NCBI GenBank assembly: GCA_044225175.1
Contig: JBGAJA010000002.1
Span: 728,991-792,990, forward strand
Direction of reading: 5' to 3'
Length of the DNA stretch: 64,000 bases
Source: Candidatus Omnitrophota bacterium
Lineage (GTDB): Bacteria; Omnitrophota; Gorgyraeia; Zapsychrales; Fredricksoniimonadaceae
Shown: in pieces, positions 20,033-28,853 of the stretch
How the letters are laid out: each line of letters starts with the position of its first letter
Position numbering within the stretch: the first letter of the stretch is position 1
Made by a program: the position numbers and the translations under genes
The notes under the pieces: model-generated
Databases searched by the model: none
What the model was told of the DNA's origin: nothing
Seen by the model: the letters and a program-made list of their open reading frames with translations, nothing else

Positions 20033-23000
20033 ATGAGATCCCAAATTTCCTTATTTACGTTATTTTGTTTTTTGATGGCCAGCATTGTTGGCCCAGTTCC
20101 TATCTCATTTGCCTCATTTACCCAGGAAGTTCATTTGCCAAAACCTGGGGTAATGGTCCATTTAAGTGCCCCTGTAACTCCCCCTTTGCTTAAAGGAATC
20201 AAGGTTCATCTGGATAACCCATTTAGGTTCGATTTTATCCTGGATCCAGGGTACGGTTCCATCGCTGATGCACATAATTTAAGGCAAGAATCCAACCGTC
20301 TAATTAAGTACTTTTTAGCCTCTTTAACGGTCCCAGAAGCCGACCTATGGGTGAACCTAAGCCCCTATGAGAAGGACCGTATAGTACCAGAAAGTTTTGG
20401 CCAAACAGAGATGGGCCGAGACCTTTTAGTCCAAGACTACATGCTCAAACAGATCACAGCTAGTCTAATATACCCAGAAGATGAGGTAGGACGGCGGTTT
20501 TGGAAGAGAATATATGAAGAATCAGCCAAAAGGTATGGAACAACGAATATTCCAGTCAATACCTTCAACAAGGTGTGGATATTGCCTGAGAAGGCAGTAG
20601 TTTATGAGAACTCCAAAGCAGGAACCGCCTATGTGGTGGAGTCTAGGTTGAAGGTGATGTTGGAGGAAGATTACTTATCCATGGATAAAAACACATTGTC
20701 ATCCCTGCCTGTCCGGCAGGCAGGCCCGAAAGCTTCTGTCGAGGATCCAGGCATTAATGAACTAGATGCCCGACAAAAACATTCGGACATGACAAATAAA
20801 TTAGGTAGCCAAATAATCCGTGAAATCGTCATTCCGGAACTTACCAAAGAAATCAATGAAGGATCCAACTTTTCTCAGCTTAGGCAGGTTTATAGTTCTT
20901 TGATTCTGGCCACATGGTATAAGAAGAAAATTAAAGATAGCATCCTTGCTCAGGTGTATTCAGATAAAAATAAAGTCCAGGGGATAAACATCAATGATCC
21001 CCAAGAGAAAGATAAGATTTATCAGCAATATCTCCAGGCCTTCAAAAAAGGTGTCTACAATTACATCAAAGAAGAGAAGGATTTGTCAACTCAGCAACCT
21101 GTCTCTAGAAAGTATTTCTCTGGAGGCGCAGAACTTATTGATGTTGATGCTGCAATGACTATTTTGCATCATGTGAGTTCTGAACAATTAGGTCGCCAAG
21201 AAAATTTGATTGAAGTTTCTAGTCGTTTTGAAGCTATGAGACCAGAAGAAATAAGAAATACAGATCCAGCTATGCTAACTGAGCTAAAAAGTCCTGTGTG
21301 GGTTCATCATCAATTAACCTGGTTTTCCTTAAGTCATGTCAATGGTGTTTTAAGGTCGATTAATTATTTAGAGAAATCTCAGCAAGAATCTCATAGAGAT
21401 AACTATGAAAAGTATTTAGATAACATTAAGAAATTTGGAAAACTTTTTGATGCTTTAGCCTATGCTCCTGTGCGCATTGATACGGCCATTGAAAACCAAG
21501 GAGAATCCATCAATCAAGGAGCGGCTGAGATCATTTCCAATGCTATCGATGCTGTTTTAGAAAAGCAAGGTCATCCTGCTATTGGAAGATTTGGAGTAGG
21601 TTTTTATATGATTTTGTCGGAATTGGAACAAGAGGGAGATCGTGTTCAAGTGTTGACCAAAAATGGAAAGAATCAAACAAGATTTATTGAATTTATGAAA
21701 TATGATGATCAGGTCTTCGTTCGCTGGGAAATTCTTCCTAAAGAATCAGAGAAGGGAACAAAGGTTAGAGTCATTAAATCTTCTTTTAATAAAGAACGCA
21801 CAGAACAACTGATAGATTATTTAAAAGGTCGATTTGCTCGCAATACAAATCTTAATATCCAAATTGTTCATGCAGATGGAAGAAAAGAAATGATGAATGA
21901 AAGGAAAGGATTAATAGGCTTGGATAAAAGATCTATAGGCATCAAGTTTCCTCAAGAGAAAGTTGTGATGCGTTTTCTCAAAGATGGATATGAAATCCAA
22001 GATGATGGTAAAGGTATGGCAGACAAAGTGATCTTTGACAATTTTCTGATTCCCCGGGCAACAACCAAACCAATGCCGCAGGAAGAAGATCATGAAGTAA
22101 AAGTATTTTACAAACCTTCAACTAAAGAAAATCAGAAGACAATAAAGGCCAAGATCAACGTTCAAATCAACGGTCAAATCATCAGTTCATTTGAAAAGAC
22201 TGGATATAATCTTCCTGAAGAATTCTTGTTAGAGTTGTCGCCCTTAAGCTGGATTCCTGAATCCCGCAATAAAATACGTTTAACAAAAGAGCAGGTGATA
22301 TCTGTTATTGAACAAATTTTAGAGAAATCATCAGGACAGGAAAGGGCGCAGCTTCTCAACGCTTTTGCGTTGATTCTAAGAAAGATCCAAGATGAAGTTT
22401 CGACAGACATTATTCAGCTGGCTATTAATCAGGTGCGGCCTTGGATTAAAAGACAGAAAAGCCAGGGCAAGATTATTTTACCTAATGAACCAGGTTTTTT
22501 TGAATTTGATATGGATCAGAAAAATGCAATATATCTAAATCCAGTTTTATTTGATTTTAATCCTGCAGATGTCCCATCCATGCAGCATATTAAGGAGTAT
22601 GATTCGGAGTCGGTCATGCTATACGTTGCTGATTTTGATAGTAAGAGTAAATTGATTTCTTTTGAACATGAAGGATATGTGTTTATTAATAAGACATATT
22701 ATGAGGCCCATAAAGACAATGCGGCACCTATCGATTTATGGCTTGACTCCATCCGTACTGGATACAGGACTCATGGTGAGCCTCCCAAGAAAGGGTCATT
22801 TCATGCTTCTTCTAAGCTCTCCTTACCTTTAAAGAAAAAAACCATGGCCGATAAACTGTCTTTTAGTCATGCTCTCTTAGATGAAATTCGTAAGAGTCTC
22901 AGCGAATTCTTAAAATCAATGCCTCAAGATAATCGGTTAATCTGGATGTCTAAGTTAGAGCAATTGTGGAAGAATCTTTCTGATTCCCCTGGTTTTGATC

Positions 23001-26000
23001 TTAATCGTTTCATTAATGGTATTTTACGTTTTTCTAAGAATGAAGAACAACGTTCTTACAAAATTGAAAATTTAAAAAACACATCATGGGGTTCCGATCC
23101 AATAGTCGCCAATGGGTATGTTTATTTTTTAAAAAAGGGGACTTATGGAAAAGATCCGGTCATAGTAAAGATGGATACAAAAGGAAAAATTAAAGAAATA
23201 AAAGTTGATGGACTGCATTCAGATGGTTTCTTAGGGGTTACTTTAGACGGACTTTTAATATTCAGCCAGAACAGTCATCGTTCTAAGAGTTGGCGTGAAT
23301 TTGTTGATTTGGTTTTGGTTAAAGAAAATGGAAAGAAGAAAGTTTTAGAAGTAGGTGTCAATCATGAATTTCCTTTTGGGATCTTAGCAATGAATGGGCA
23401 TTCCTTATTTGGTGAGGAAATAGTTGTTACTAAAAAAGCGATTTATGCATCTGGCACTACAAATTCATTATATGACCCTATTGAGGATGGGCTTGTTAAG
23501 GTTGATTTTGAAGGTCATTCTGAATTCATCAACTTATCTCAATTAGGCTACACCCGTCCAGTGCCTTACCATTATGTTGATGGGCGTCTTTTTGTCTCGG
23601 TAGTCTCGAAAGATGAGAGACAATGCGTATTGATTATCAACGAATCTGGGAAAATATTGAAAGAAGTTCCTCTTACTGAAAAAATAAGAAGTGCAGTTTT
23701 TGGATCGCAATATCACAATAATGTGGTTGATTTACACGGTGATGTTTATTTTGCTTTAAGGGATACAGTTAAGAGATTGGATTCAAATGGAGAAATCAAA
23801 GATCTTAATTTTGGCAAAAGTTTCGATTTAGGTAAGGATTCTAAAATACCAGAGGAGGATGCCGCAATAGAAGACATTTTTGTCTACAAGCAAGAGGTCT
23901 ATGTTGCCCTTGGGCGAGGATTTTTAGAATATGGAGAAAAGCACCAGAAGTATCTTTTTAGACGATATGATTTTTATAAACTGGATGCTGCTGGAAATTT
24001 TGAAAAAATATGGTCAATAGAATTAAAGGAATTGACAAGAGTGTTGCCTACTCGAGCAGGAATGTTGATAGTCTACAATGATAGTCGAGAACTTTATGAT
24101 AAACTTGGAGTAATTGAGGAAATTGTAAATCATGAGGGGCGAGTTTCTTCTTTAGGTGTTCCGTATGAGGGGATACAAATAGATGTGATTACAAGGTTTT
24201 TAGAAGAACATTCTCGTTTTGTTCGGCAAAATCGGGATTTAACCAATCGTTTCTATGTAAATCTTGCTTATCAAAAAGATTTTAATCTCCTTCAATCTGA
24301 CCAAACGTTAACAGCTCTTTATTTTCTTCCAAAGAACATGCTCAAATATAGAAATGCCCAATTGATTAGAGACTTCAGTGCCTTTATTAAAGACAAAAGT
24401 TTCGATAATTTAAAACAATTTGCCTCTATTCTTCAGCGATTAGATGGTCGTATCAAATCGACTGTCGATGCTGAAGCTCTTTTAAAGCGATGGATTGACT
24501 TGTATGAATCTCTTCATAAAAGAAAGAGCGGTTTAGATAGTTTTTTTGAAATGATGAATGAATTTGGTCAATCTCTATTGGAAGAAGAAACACTTCCTGA
24601 ATTTGCCAAATATTTGTCACAAGATATTGTTTTATATGCGAAGTACCTGCGTGGTGAGCTGGAAGGTTTACTACAAGATAAGGAGTTATCATTTGAGATT
24701 CCCCAAAAGACGAATTTTACAATCCAAGATTTAGATGTTGCTAAGGTCAATATAGCCTATCGTTCTCTACCACAAATCAGGAACTATAAATCTTTAAAAA
24801 CATACGCAAATGCTTTGGGTGAATTATCTTCCAAAGCTGATTTGCGTAGCGCCGAAAGGGAGATTATTTCTGCCATATCAGGTCAGGACCGCTCAGATAA
24901 TATTTGGACACGAGAGCTCGTTCAAAATTCCCGGGATGCGATCAAAACCGCTAAAGGCCATCCAGTTTCCAAAAAGATCACAATTGATAATTTTGTTCGT
25001 AAAGGAACAAATGAATGGATAGTCAGGGTCAGTGATTCTGTGGGGATGGATTTACCCACGCTGATTGGTCCTCTTTTTGTTGTAGGAGAGAGTACGAAGA
25101 TTGATGTTCTTTTGGCCGGTTTTTTTGGAGAGGGGTTTTATACGATATTTGCAGAATATGACAGGGTGAATATTAAAACCAGCGATGGAAATGGAAAAAC
25201 ATACTATTTAACAATTGGTAAGAACACAAGAGGTCTGCCTGTTATCCAACAGATGAGCGAAACAAATGAGCAGTTTAAGGGGACAATCATTGAGCGAGTG
25301 GTTCGGTTCGAGAAAGACAGGCCAAATTTAGAATCGATTTTTGTAGTCCAAGATTTGATTCGTTATGTGGGGGCAATTCAAGGAGTAGACATTATTTATA
25401 ATGGAAAGAAAATCAATGAAGATTTGGAGATTATGGCTCGTGTAACAACTCCTTTTAAAGGAGATATTTCTCTATCTATAACAAGCGCGTCGGGTCATCG
25501 TCGCATTACTCAAGAAGGGCTTTATATAGAACACCTTGAAAAGTGGATTCTTAAATATGTTCCAGGGAAATACCGGTATTTATTGACATTGCGTGGTCTA
25601 AATATAGACCTTCCCAGAGGTGTTCCTGTGACACGAGCGAGAATTGGTATTGCCATGGCTGAGAAGTATCGTGAAACCATTCAGCGTTACGTGGCCAGGG
25701 CTGCTTTGCAGGCGGTCGTGCGAAATTATATTCGCCATGGAGTTATGGTTCCTGGTGTTTCGGATGATTATTTTTCTTATGAAAAGGGTGATTATTCTAT
25801 ATCAAAAGATATTTATAGGGATGCTCAACTTATAAATGAGAACCAAATGCAAGGAATTGATTTTTCCCGATATGTCATTACTGATAATGATAGCGAGAGT
25901 GAGAAGGTAAGAAAAAATCGTAATCTCGAATATTTGGTGACATTAATTGAAGTTGAAGAAAAAGGTAAAATTTTGAGCCTTCAATCTATCAGAGAAGAAT

Positions 26001-26992
26001 TATGGAGGAAAAAGGATGAGTTCATTCGTAGTTTGGAAAAGAAATTAGAGTTCTCACAGGCTTTTCTAGATGATATGACGCTTGGGAATGCTTTAAGAAA
26101 ATCAAAAGAGAAGAAAAGTCTTAGAATAGATATTCCTGATAGCGTGGTAGGCCAGATAAAGTCGTTAGGTCTGTATAAATTTTTGTTAGATCAAATGGTT
26201 GGTTTGGTTGCTGAGAAACCCGTCACAATTAAGTTTTATTATGACGAAGATGACCCTGCGAAGGCGTATTTCGTGAGGCGCTCAAATCAGATGTATTGGA
26301 ACTTATTTTGTAATTTGGATGATATTAAAGTGTTTATCGATATTTTGAATAATAAAGAAAATAAAACTGGTGCATTTTCATTCTTTAAAGATACGTTAAA
26401 TTTGGTGACTCATGAATTGGCTCATCAAGATGAACCTGATGGTCCAACGCATCAACAAGAACAAATTGATGATAGTAAGAAAAAAGAATTGCCTCATTGG
26501 GTAGATGATGAGGAGTTGGAAGCGATCGCTGGAACATTTGCCTATCGTCAAAGATTGGTTATGGCAGACTATCTGTATGCATTAGAGAAAGGAAATTGGC
26601 AACAGCTTATTTCGGCATTACCTAAAGGGTTGATTAAGCAAACAAAAAATATTAAAGATTTGCGCTTCTTTATTAATTCATCAAAGAAACGTACAGCCAC
26701 AGAGGTAACAGAAGAAGATGAGGCAATGAATACACCATCCAAGAACAGCGCGCTAACTGTTAATACTCCAATTATAGCTGGGAGTACAAATACAGGTGGA
26801 ATTGATTTTACCACCAATAAAATTCCTTTGGACATTCAAAATAGACGAGAAAGTATAAAATTTCATCTCGATCCTGCTATGCTCTATCAACTCCAAGACG
26901 CCCCTGGTTTCGCACCCGTGATTATTAGCATGCAACCTATGACAAATGTAAGGAATTTCTTGGGCATTAGTGATCCTTCCTTGAATAATTGA
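20033..26992 (+). CDS. Giant secreted multidomain protein (~2,320 aa): signal peptide, N-terminal module, two GHKL ATPase modules, propeller-like region, HExxH motif, C-terminal GGIDF module
   Basis: ATG 20033 gives signal peptide MRSQISLFTLFCFLMASIVGPVPISFA; EIISNAIDA/GRFGVGF, DDGKGM, RELVQNSRDA/DSVGM/GFFGEGF, THELAH. Confidence 0.8.
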   Translation: MRSQISLFTLFCFLMASIVGPVPISFASFTQEVHLPKPGVMVHLSAPVTPPLLKGIKVHLDNPFRFDFILDPGYGSIADAHNLRQESNRLIKYFLASLTVPEADLWVNLSPYEKDRIVPESFGQTEMGRDLLVQDYMLKQITASLIYPEDEVGRRFWKRIYEESAKRYGTTNIPVNTFNKVWILPEKAVVYENSKAGTAYVVESRLKVMLEEDYLSMDKNTLSSLPVRQAGPKASVEDPGINELDARQKHSDMTNKLGSQIIREIVIPELTKEINEGSNFSQLRQVYSSLILATWYKKKIKDSILAQVYSDKNKVQGININDPQEKDKIYQQYLQAFKKGVYNYIKEEKDLSTQQPVSRKYFSGGAELIDVDAAMTILHHVSSEQLGRQENLIEVSSRFEAMRPEEIRNTDPAMLTELKSPVWVHHQLTWFSLSHVNGVLRSINYLEKSQQESHRDNYEKYLDNIKKFGKLFDALAYAPVRIDTAIENQGESINQGAAEIISNAIDAVLEKQGHPAIGRFGVGFYMILSELEQEGDRVQVLTKNGKNQTRFIEFMKYDDQVFVRWEILPKESEKGTKVRVIKSSFNKERTEQLIDYLKGRFARNTNLNIQIVHADGRKEMMNERKGLIGLDKRSIGIKFPQEKVVMRFLKDGYEIQDDGKGMADKVIFDNFLIPRATTKPMPQEEDHEVKVFYKPSTKENQKTIKAKINVQINGQIISSFEKTGYNLPEEFLLELSPLSWIPESRNKIRLTKEQVISVIEQILEKSSGQERAQLLNAFALILRKIQDEVSTDIIQLAINQVRPWIKRQKSQGKIILPNEPGFFEFDMDQKNAIYLNPVLFDFNPADVPSMQHIKEYDSESVMLYVADFDSKSKLISFEHEGYVFINKTYYEAHKDNAAPIDLWLDSIRTGYRTHGEPPKKGSFHASSKLSLPLKKKTMADKLSFSHALLDEIRKSLSEFLKSMPQDNRLIWMSKLEQLWKNLSDSPGFDLNRFINGILRFSKNEEQRSYKIENLKNTSWGSDPIVANGYVYFLKKGTYGKDPVIVKMDTKGKIKEIKVDGLHSDGFLGVTLDGLLIFSQNSHRSKSWREFVDLVLVKENGKKKVLEVGVNHEFPFGILAMNGHSLFGEEIVVTKKAIYASGTTNSLYDPIEDGLVKVDFEGHSEFINLSQLGYTRPVPYHYVDGRLFVSVVSKDERQCVLIINESGKILKEVPLTEKIRSAVFGSQYHNNVVDLHGDVYFALRDTVKRLDSNGEIKDLNFGKSFDLGKDSKIPEEDAAIEDIFVYKQEVYVALGRGFLEYGEKHQKYLFRRYDFYKLDAAGNFEKIWSIELKELTRVLPTRAGMLIVYNDSRELYDKLGVIEEIVNHEGRVSSLGVPYEGIQIDVITRFLEEHSRFVRQNRDLTNRFYVNLAYQKDFNLLQSDQTLTALYFLPKNMLKYRNAQLIRDFSAFIKDKSFDNLKQFASILQRLDGRIKSTVDAEALLKRWIDLYESLHKRKSGLDSFFEMMNEFGQSLLEEETLPEFAKYLSQDIVLYAKYLRGELEGLLQDKELSFEIPQKTNFTIQDLDVAKVNIAYRSLPQIRNYKSLKTYANALGELSSKADLRSAEREIISAISGQDRSDNIWTRELVQNSRDAIKTAKGHPVSKKITIDNFVRKGTNEWIVRVSDSVGMDLPTLIGPLFVVGESTKIDVLLAGFFGEGFYTIFAEYDRVNIKTSDGNGKTYYLTIGKNTRGLPVIQQMSETNEQFKGTIIERVVRFEKDRPNLESIFVVQDLIRYVGAIQGVDIIYNGKKINEDLEIMARVTTPFKGDISLSITSASGHRRITQEGLYIEHLEKWILKYVPGKYRYLLTLRGLNIDLPRGVPVTRARIGIAMAEKYRETIQRYVARAALQAVVRNYIRHGVMVPGVSDDYFSYEKGDYSISKDIYRDAQLINENQMQGIDFSRYVITDNDSESEKVRKNRNLEYLVTLIEVEEKGKILSLQSIREELWRKKDEFIRSLEKKLEFSQAFLDDMTLGNALRKSKEKKSLRIDIPDSVVGQIKSLGLYKFLLDQMVGLVAEKPVTIKFYYDEDDPAKAYFVRRSNQMYWNLFCNLDDIKVFIDILNNKENKTGAFSFFKDTLNLVTHELAHQDEPDGPTHQQEQIDDSKKKELPHWVDDEELEAIAGTFAYRQRLVMADYLYALEKGNWQQLISALPKGLIKQTKNIKDLRFFINSSKKRTATEVTEEDEAMNTPSKNSALTVNTPIIAGSTNTGGIDFTTNKIPLDIQNRRESIKFHLDPAMLYQLQDAPGFAPVIISMQPMTNVRNFLGISDPSLNN
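20696..20795. repeat. In-frame palindromic element (RPE/REP-like) with a nested 21-bp hairpin CCTGCCTG-TCCGG-CAGGCAGG (20704-20724)
   Basis: Outer arms TTGTCAT...ATGACAA; after removing the 21-bp insert the arms match at 24 of 31 nt. Confidence 0.8.
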
Positions 26993-27031
26993 TCCCTTAA
27001 TACAACCTTAATAATTGTTTCTTTTTCTTTA

Positions 27032-27060
27032 TTGACAGTGGAGTGGTGCTTGTTTATACT
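27032..27060 (+). promoter_or_regulatory. sigma70 promoter of the dcw (mraZ) operon
   Basis: TTGACA (27032-37), 17 nt, TATACT (27055-60). Confidence 0.85.
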
Positions 27061-27069
27061 TGCGATTAA

Positions 27070-27095
27070 GTGGAGTATGGTGGAGCAAAGTGGTT
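27070..27095 (+). promoter_or_regulatory. MraZ binding repeats
   Basis: GTGGAG-N4-GTGGAG-N4-GTGGTT at 10-bp period directly upstream of mraZ; a further GTGGAG at 27038 in the promoter spacer. Confidence 0.85.
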
Positions 27096-27122
27096 TAGCT
27101 CTAACTAAAGGAAGAAACTGTC

Positions 27123-27563
27123 ATGTTTTATGGTGAATATAATCATGGAATCGACAATAAAGGTCGATTGATTTTGCCTTCTCGCTTTCGAGAGGTTGCT
27201 AAAGAATACGGGGTTGAGAAGTATTTTGTCACCCGTGGACTTGATCGCTGTATTTTTATGTTTAGTGACCAGCAATGGAAAACAGAAGAGCAAAAATTTA
27301 AAAATTTGTCATTTACAAAACAAGAAGCGAGACATTTTAATCGTTTATTCTTCTCAGGTGCGGTGGAAGTAACTCCTGATCGACAGGGCCGATTTGTTCT
27401 TCCTCAGTATTTAAAAGACTTTGCGGGCATCAAAAAGGATGCAGTTGTGATCGGGATTTCAAATCGTATTGAAATTTGGCAGACTCAAGCCTGGCAGGAG
27501 TTTTTCGCAAGAACGAGTGTAGATTTCGAGAAGACTGCAGAACATATGATGAATTTGGATTAA
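27123..27563 (+). CDS. mraZ: Division/cell wall cluster transcriptional repressor MraZ
   Basis: MFYGEY.H.IDNKGR..LPSRFR, DRQGR, IEIW. Confidence 0.97.
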   Translation: MFYGEYNHGIDNKGRLILPSRFREVAKEYGVEKYFVTRGLDRCIFMFSDQQWKTEEQKFKNLSFTKQEARHFNRLFFSGAVEVTPDRQGRFVLPQYLKDFAGIKKDAVVIGISNRIEIWQTQAWQEFFARTSVDFEKTAEHMMNLD

Positions 27564-27573
27564 GAGGTTGGTA

Positions 27574-28458
27574 ATGCATGTTTCAGTGATGCCCAAAGAA
27601 GTGATGGACTTATTAGAGATAAGGCCAGGGCTCACAGTTGTTGATGGGACCTTGGGGATGGGTGGACATTCAGCTTTGATCGCTGAAAAACTAGCTTCTC
27701 AAGGGCATTTAATAGGAATTGATAAAGATCATTCATCTTTAACGGAAGCTAAGAGACGTCTGGGAACCTTTGATGTACGGATTGATTTGTTGCAGGGCTC
27801 ATTCCATGATGTCAGTCGTCTCTTAGCTGAAGTTAAAATTAAGTTAGTTGATCGAGTTTTGTTAGATTTAGGAATTTCTAGTTTTCAATTAGATCAGCCA
27901 GAGCGTGGGTTTAGCTTTCTTCATGATGGGCCGTTAGATATGCGTATGGACCAAACACAAGGTCCATCAGCGGCAGACTTAGTCAATACTTTAAAAGAAG
28001 AAGAATTAGCTCGAATTATTTATGAATATGGCGAGGATCGACTTTCGAGGCGTATTGCTAAAGCAATTGTGTGGCGTCGAAGTGAGCAAAAAATTCTTAC
28101 AACAGCACAATTAGCTAAAGCTGTCTTAAGTGCTATGCCAGCGGGCCATACCCGCAGTCGTATTCATCCAGCAACAAGGACTTTTCAGGCGTTGCGCATT
28201 GAAGTCAATGGAGAGTTGGAGGTCTTAAAGCAAGCACTGCGTAATTGGTTTGAAGTGCTAAAGCCACAAGGAAGAATGTGCATTATTTCTTTTCATTCCC
28301 TTGAGGACCGTATTGTCAAAAATACATTTAAAGTGTTTGCTCAAGAAGAGCAGGGAAATATTTTAACCAAGAGACCGTTGGAAGCTTCTGAGGAAGAATG
28401 TGCTAATAATCCCAGAGCAAGAAGTGCCAAATTAAGGTGTATTGAAAGGATTGCATGA
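27574..28458 (+). CDS. rsmH: 16S rRNA (cytosine1402-N4)-methyltransferase
   Basis: DGTLGMGGHS, DLGISSFQLD, HPATRTFQALRI, SFHSLEDR, NPRARSAKLR. Confidence 0.97.
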   Translation: MHVSVMPKEVMDLLEIRPGLTVVDGTLGMGGHSALIAEKLASQGHLIGIDKDHSSLTEAKRRLGTFDVRIDLLQGSFHDVSRLLAEVKIKLVDRVLLDLGISSFQLDQPERGFSFLHDGPLDMRMDQTQGPSAADLVNTLKEEELARIIYEYGEDRLSRRIAKAIVWRRSEQKILTTAQLAKAVLSAMPAGHTRSRIHPATRTFQALRIEVNGELEVLKQALRNWFEVLKPQGRMCIISFHSLEDRIVKNTFKVFAQEEQGNILTKRPLEASEEECANNPRARSAKLRCIERIA

Positions 28459-28838
28459 GTTTAAAAGTTTGGGTTAAATTATTATTCTCAGTAACAATAA
28501 TTGCCCTTATTTATATTCATATGCAAACACAAATCTTCCATTTGGCTTATCAAGGCAAAGATAAAGAAGCACGTATGCATGAATTGAGAGATCGAAACGG
28601 AGTTCTGACCCACCAAATCCTTTCGTTAAAATCCTCTAATCATCTAGGGGCTCAGCTTCTAGAGAGAAATGGTCATCTTCAGTTTATGGATAATAACCAG
28701 GTCTTGACACTCACAGGACCAGTGGCGAAGAAGAATCAGAAGGCACTCTTTGAAGCCAAAAATAAAAATGAAAATTCAATGTGGAATTTTTTGTCTTTCT
28801 TAACTCCCCAGGAAGCCAAAGCTTGGGATCGGGAATAA
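28455..28838 (+). CDS. ftsL: Cell division protein FtsL-like
   Basis: Single TM plus coiled coil, between rsmH and ftsI. Confidence 0.65.
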   Translation: MSLKVWVKLLFSVTIIALIYIHMQTQIFHLAYQGKDKEARMHELRDRNGVLTHQILSLKSSNHLGAQLLERNGHLQFMDNNQVLTLTGPVAKKNQKALFEAKNKNENSMWNFLSFLTPQEAKAWDRE

Positions 28839-28853
28839 GGGATAGAGGTAAAA

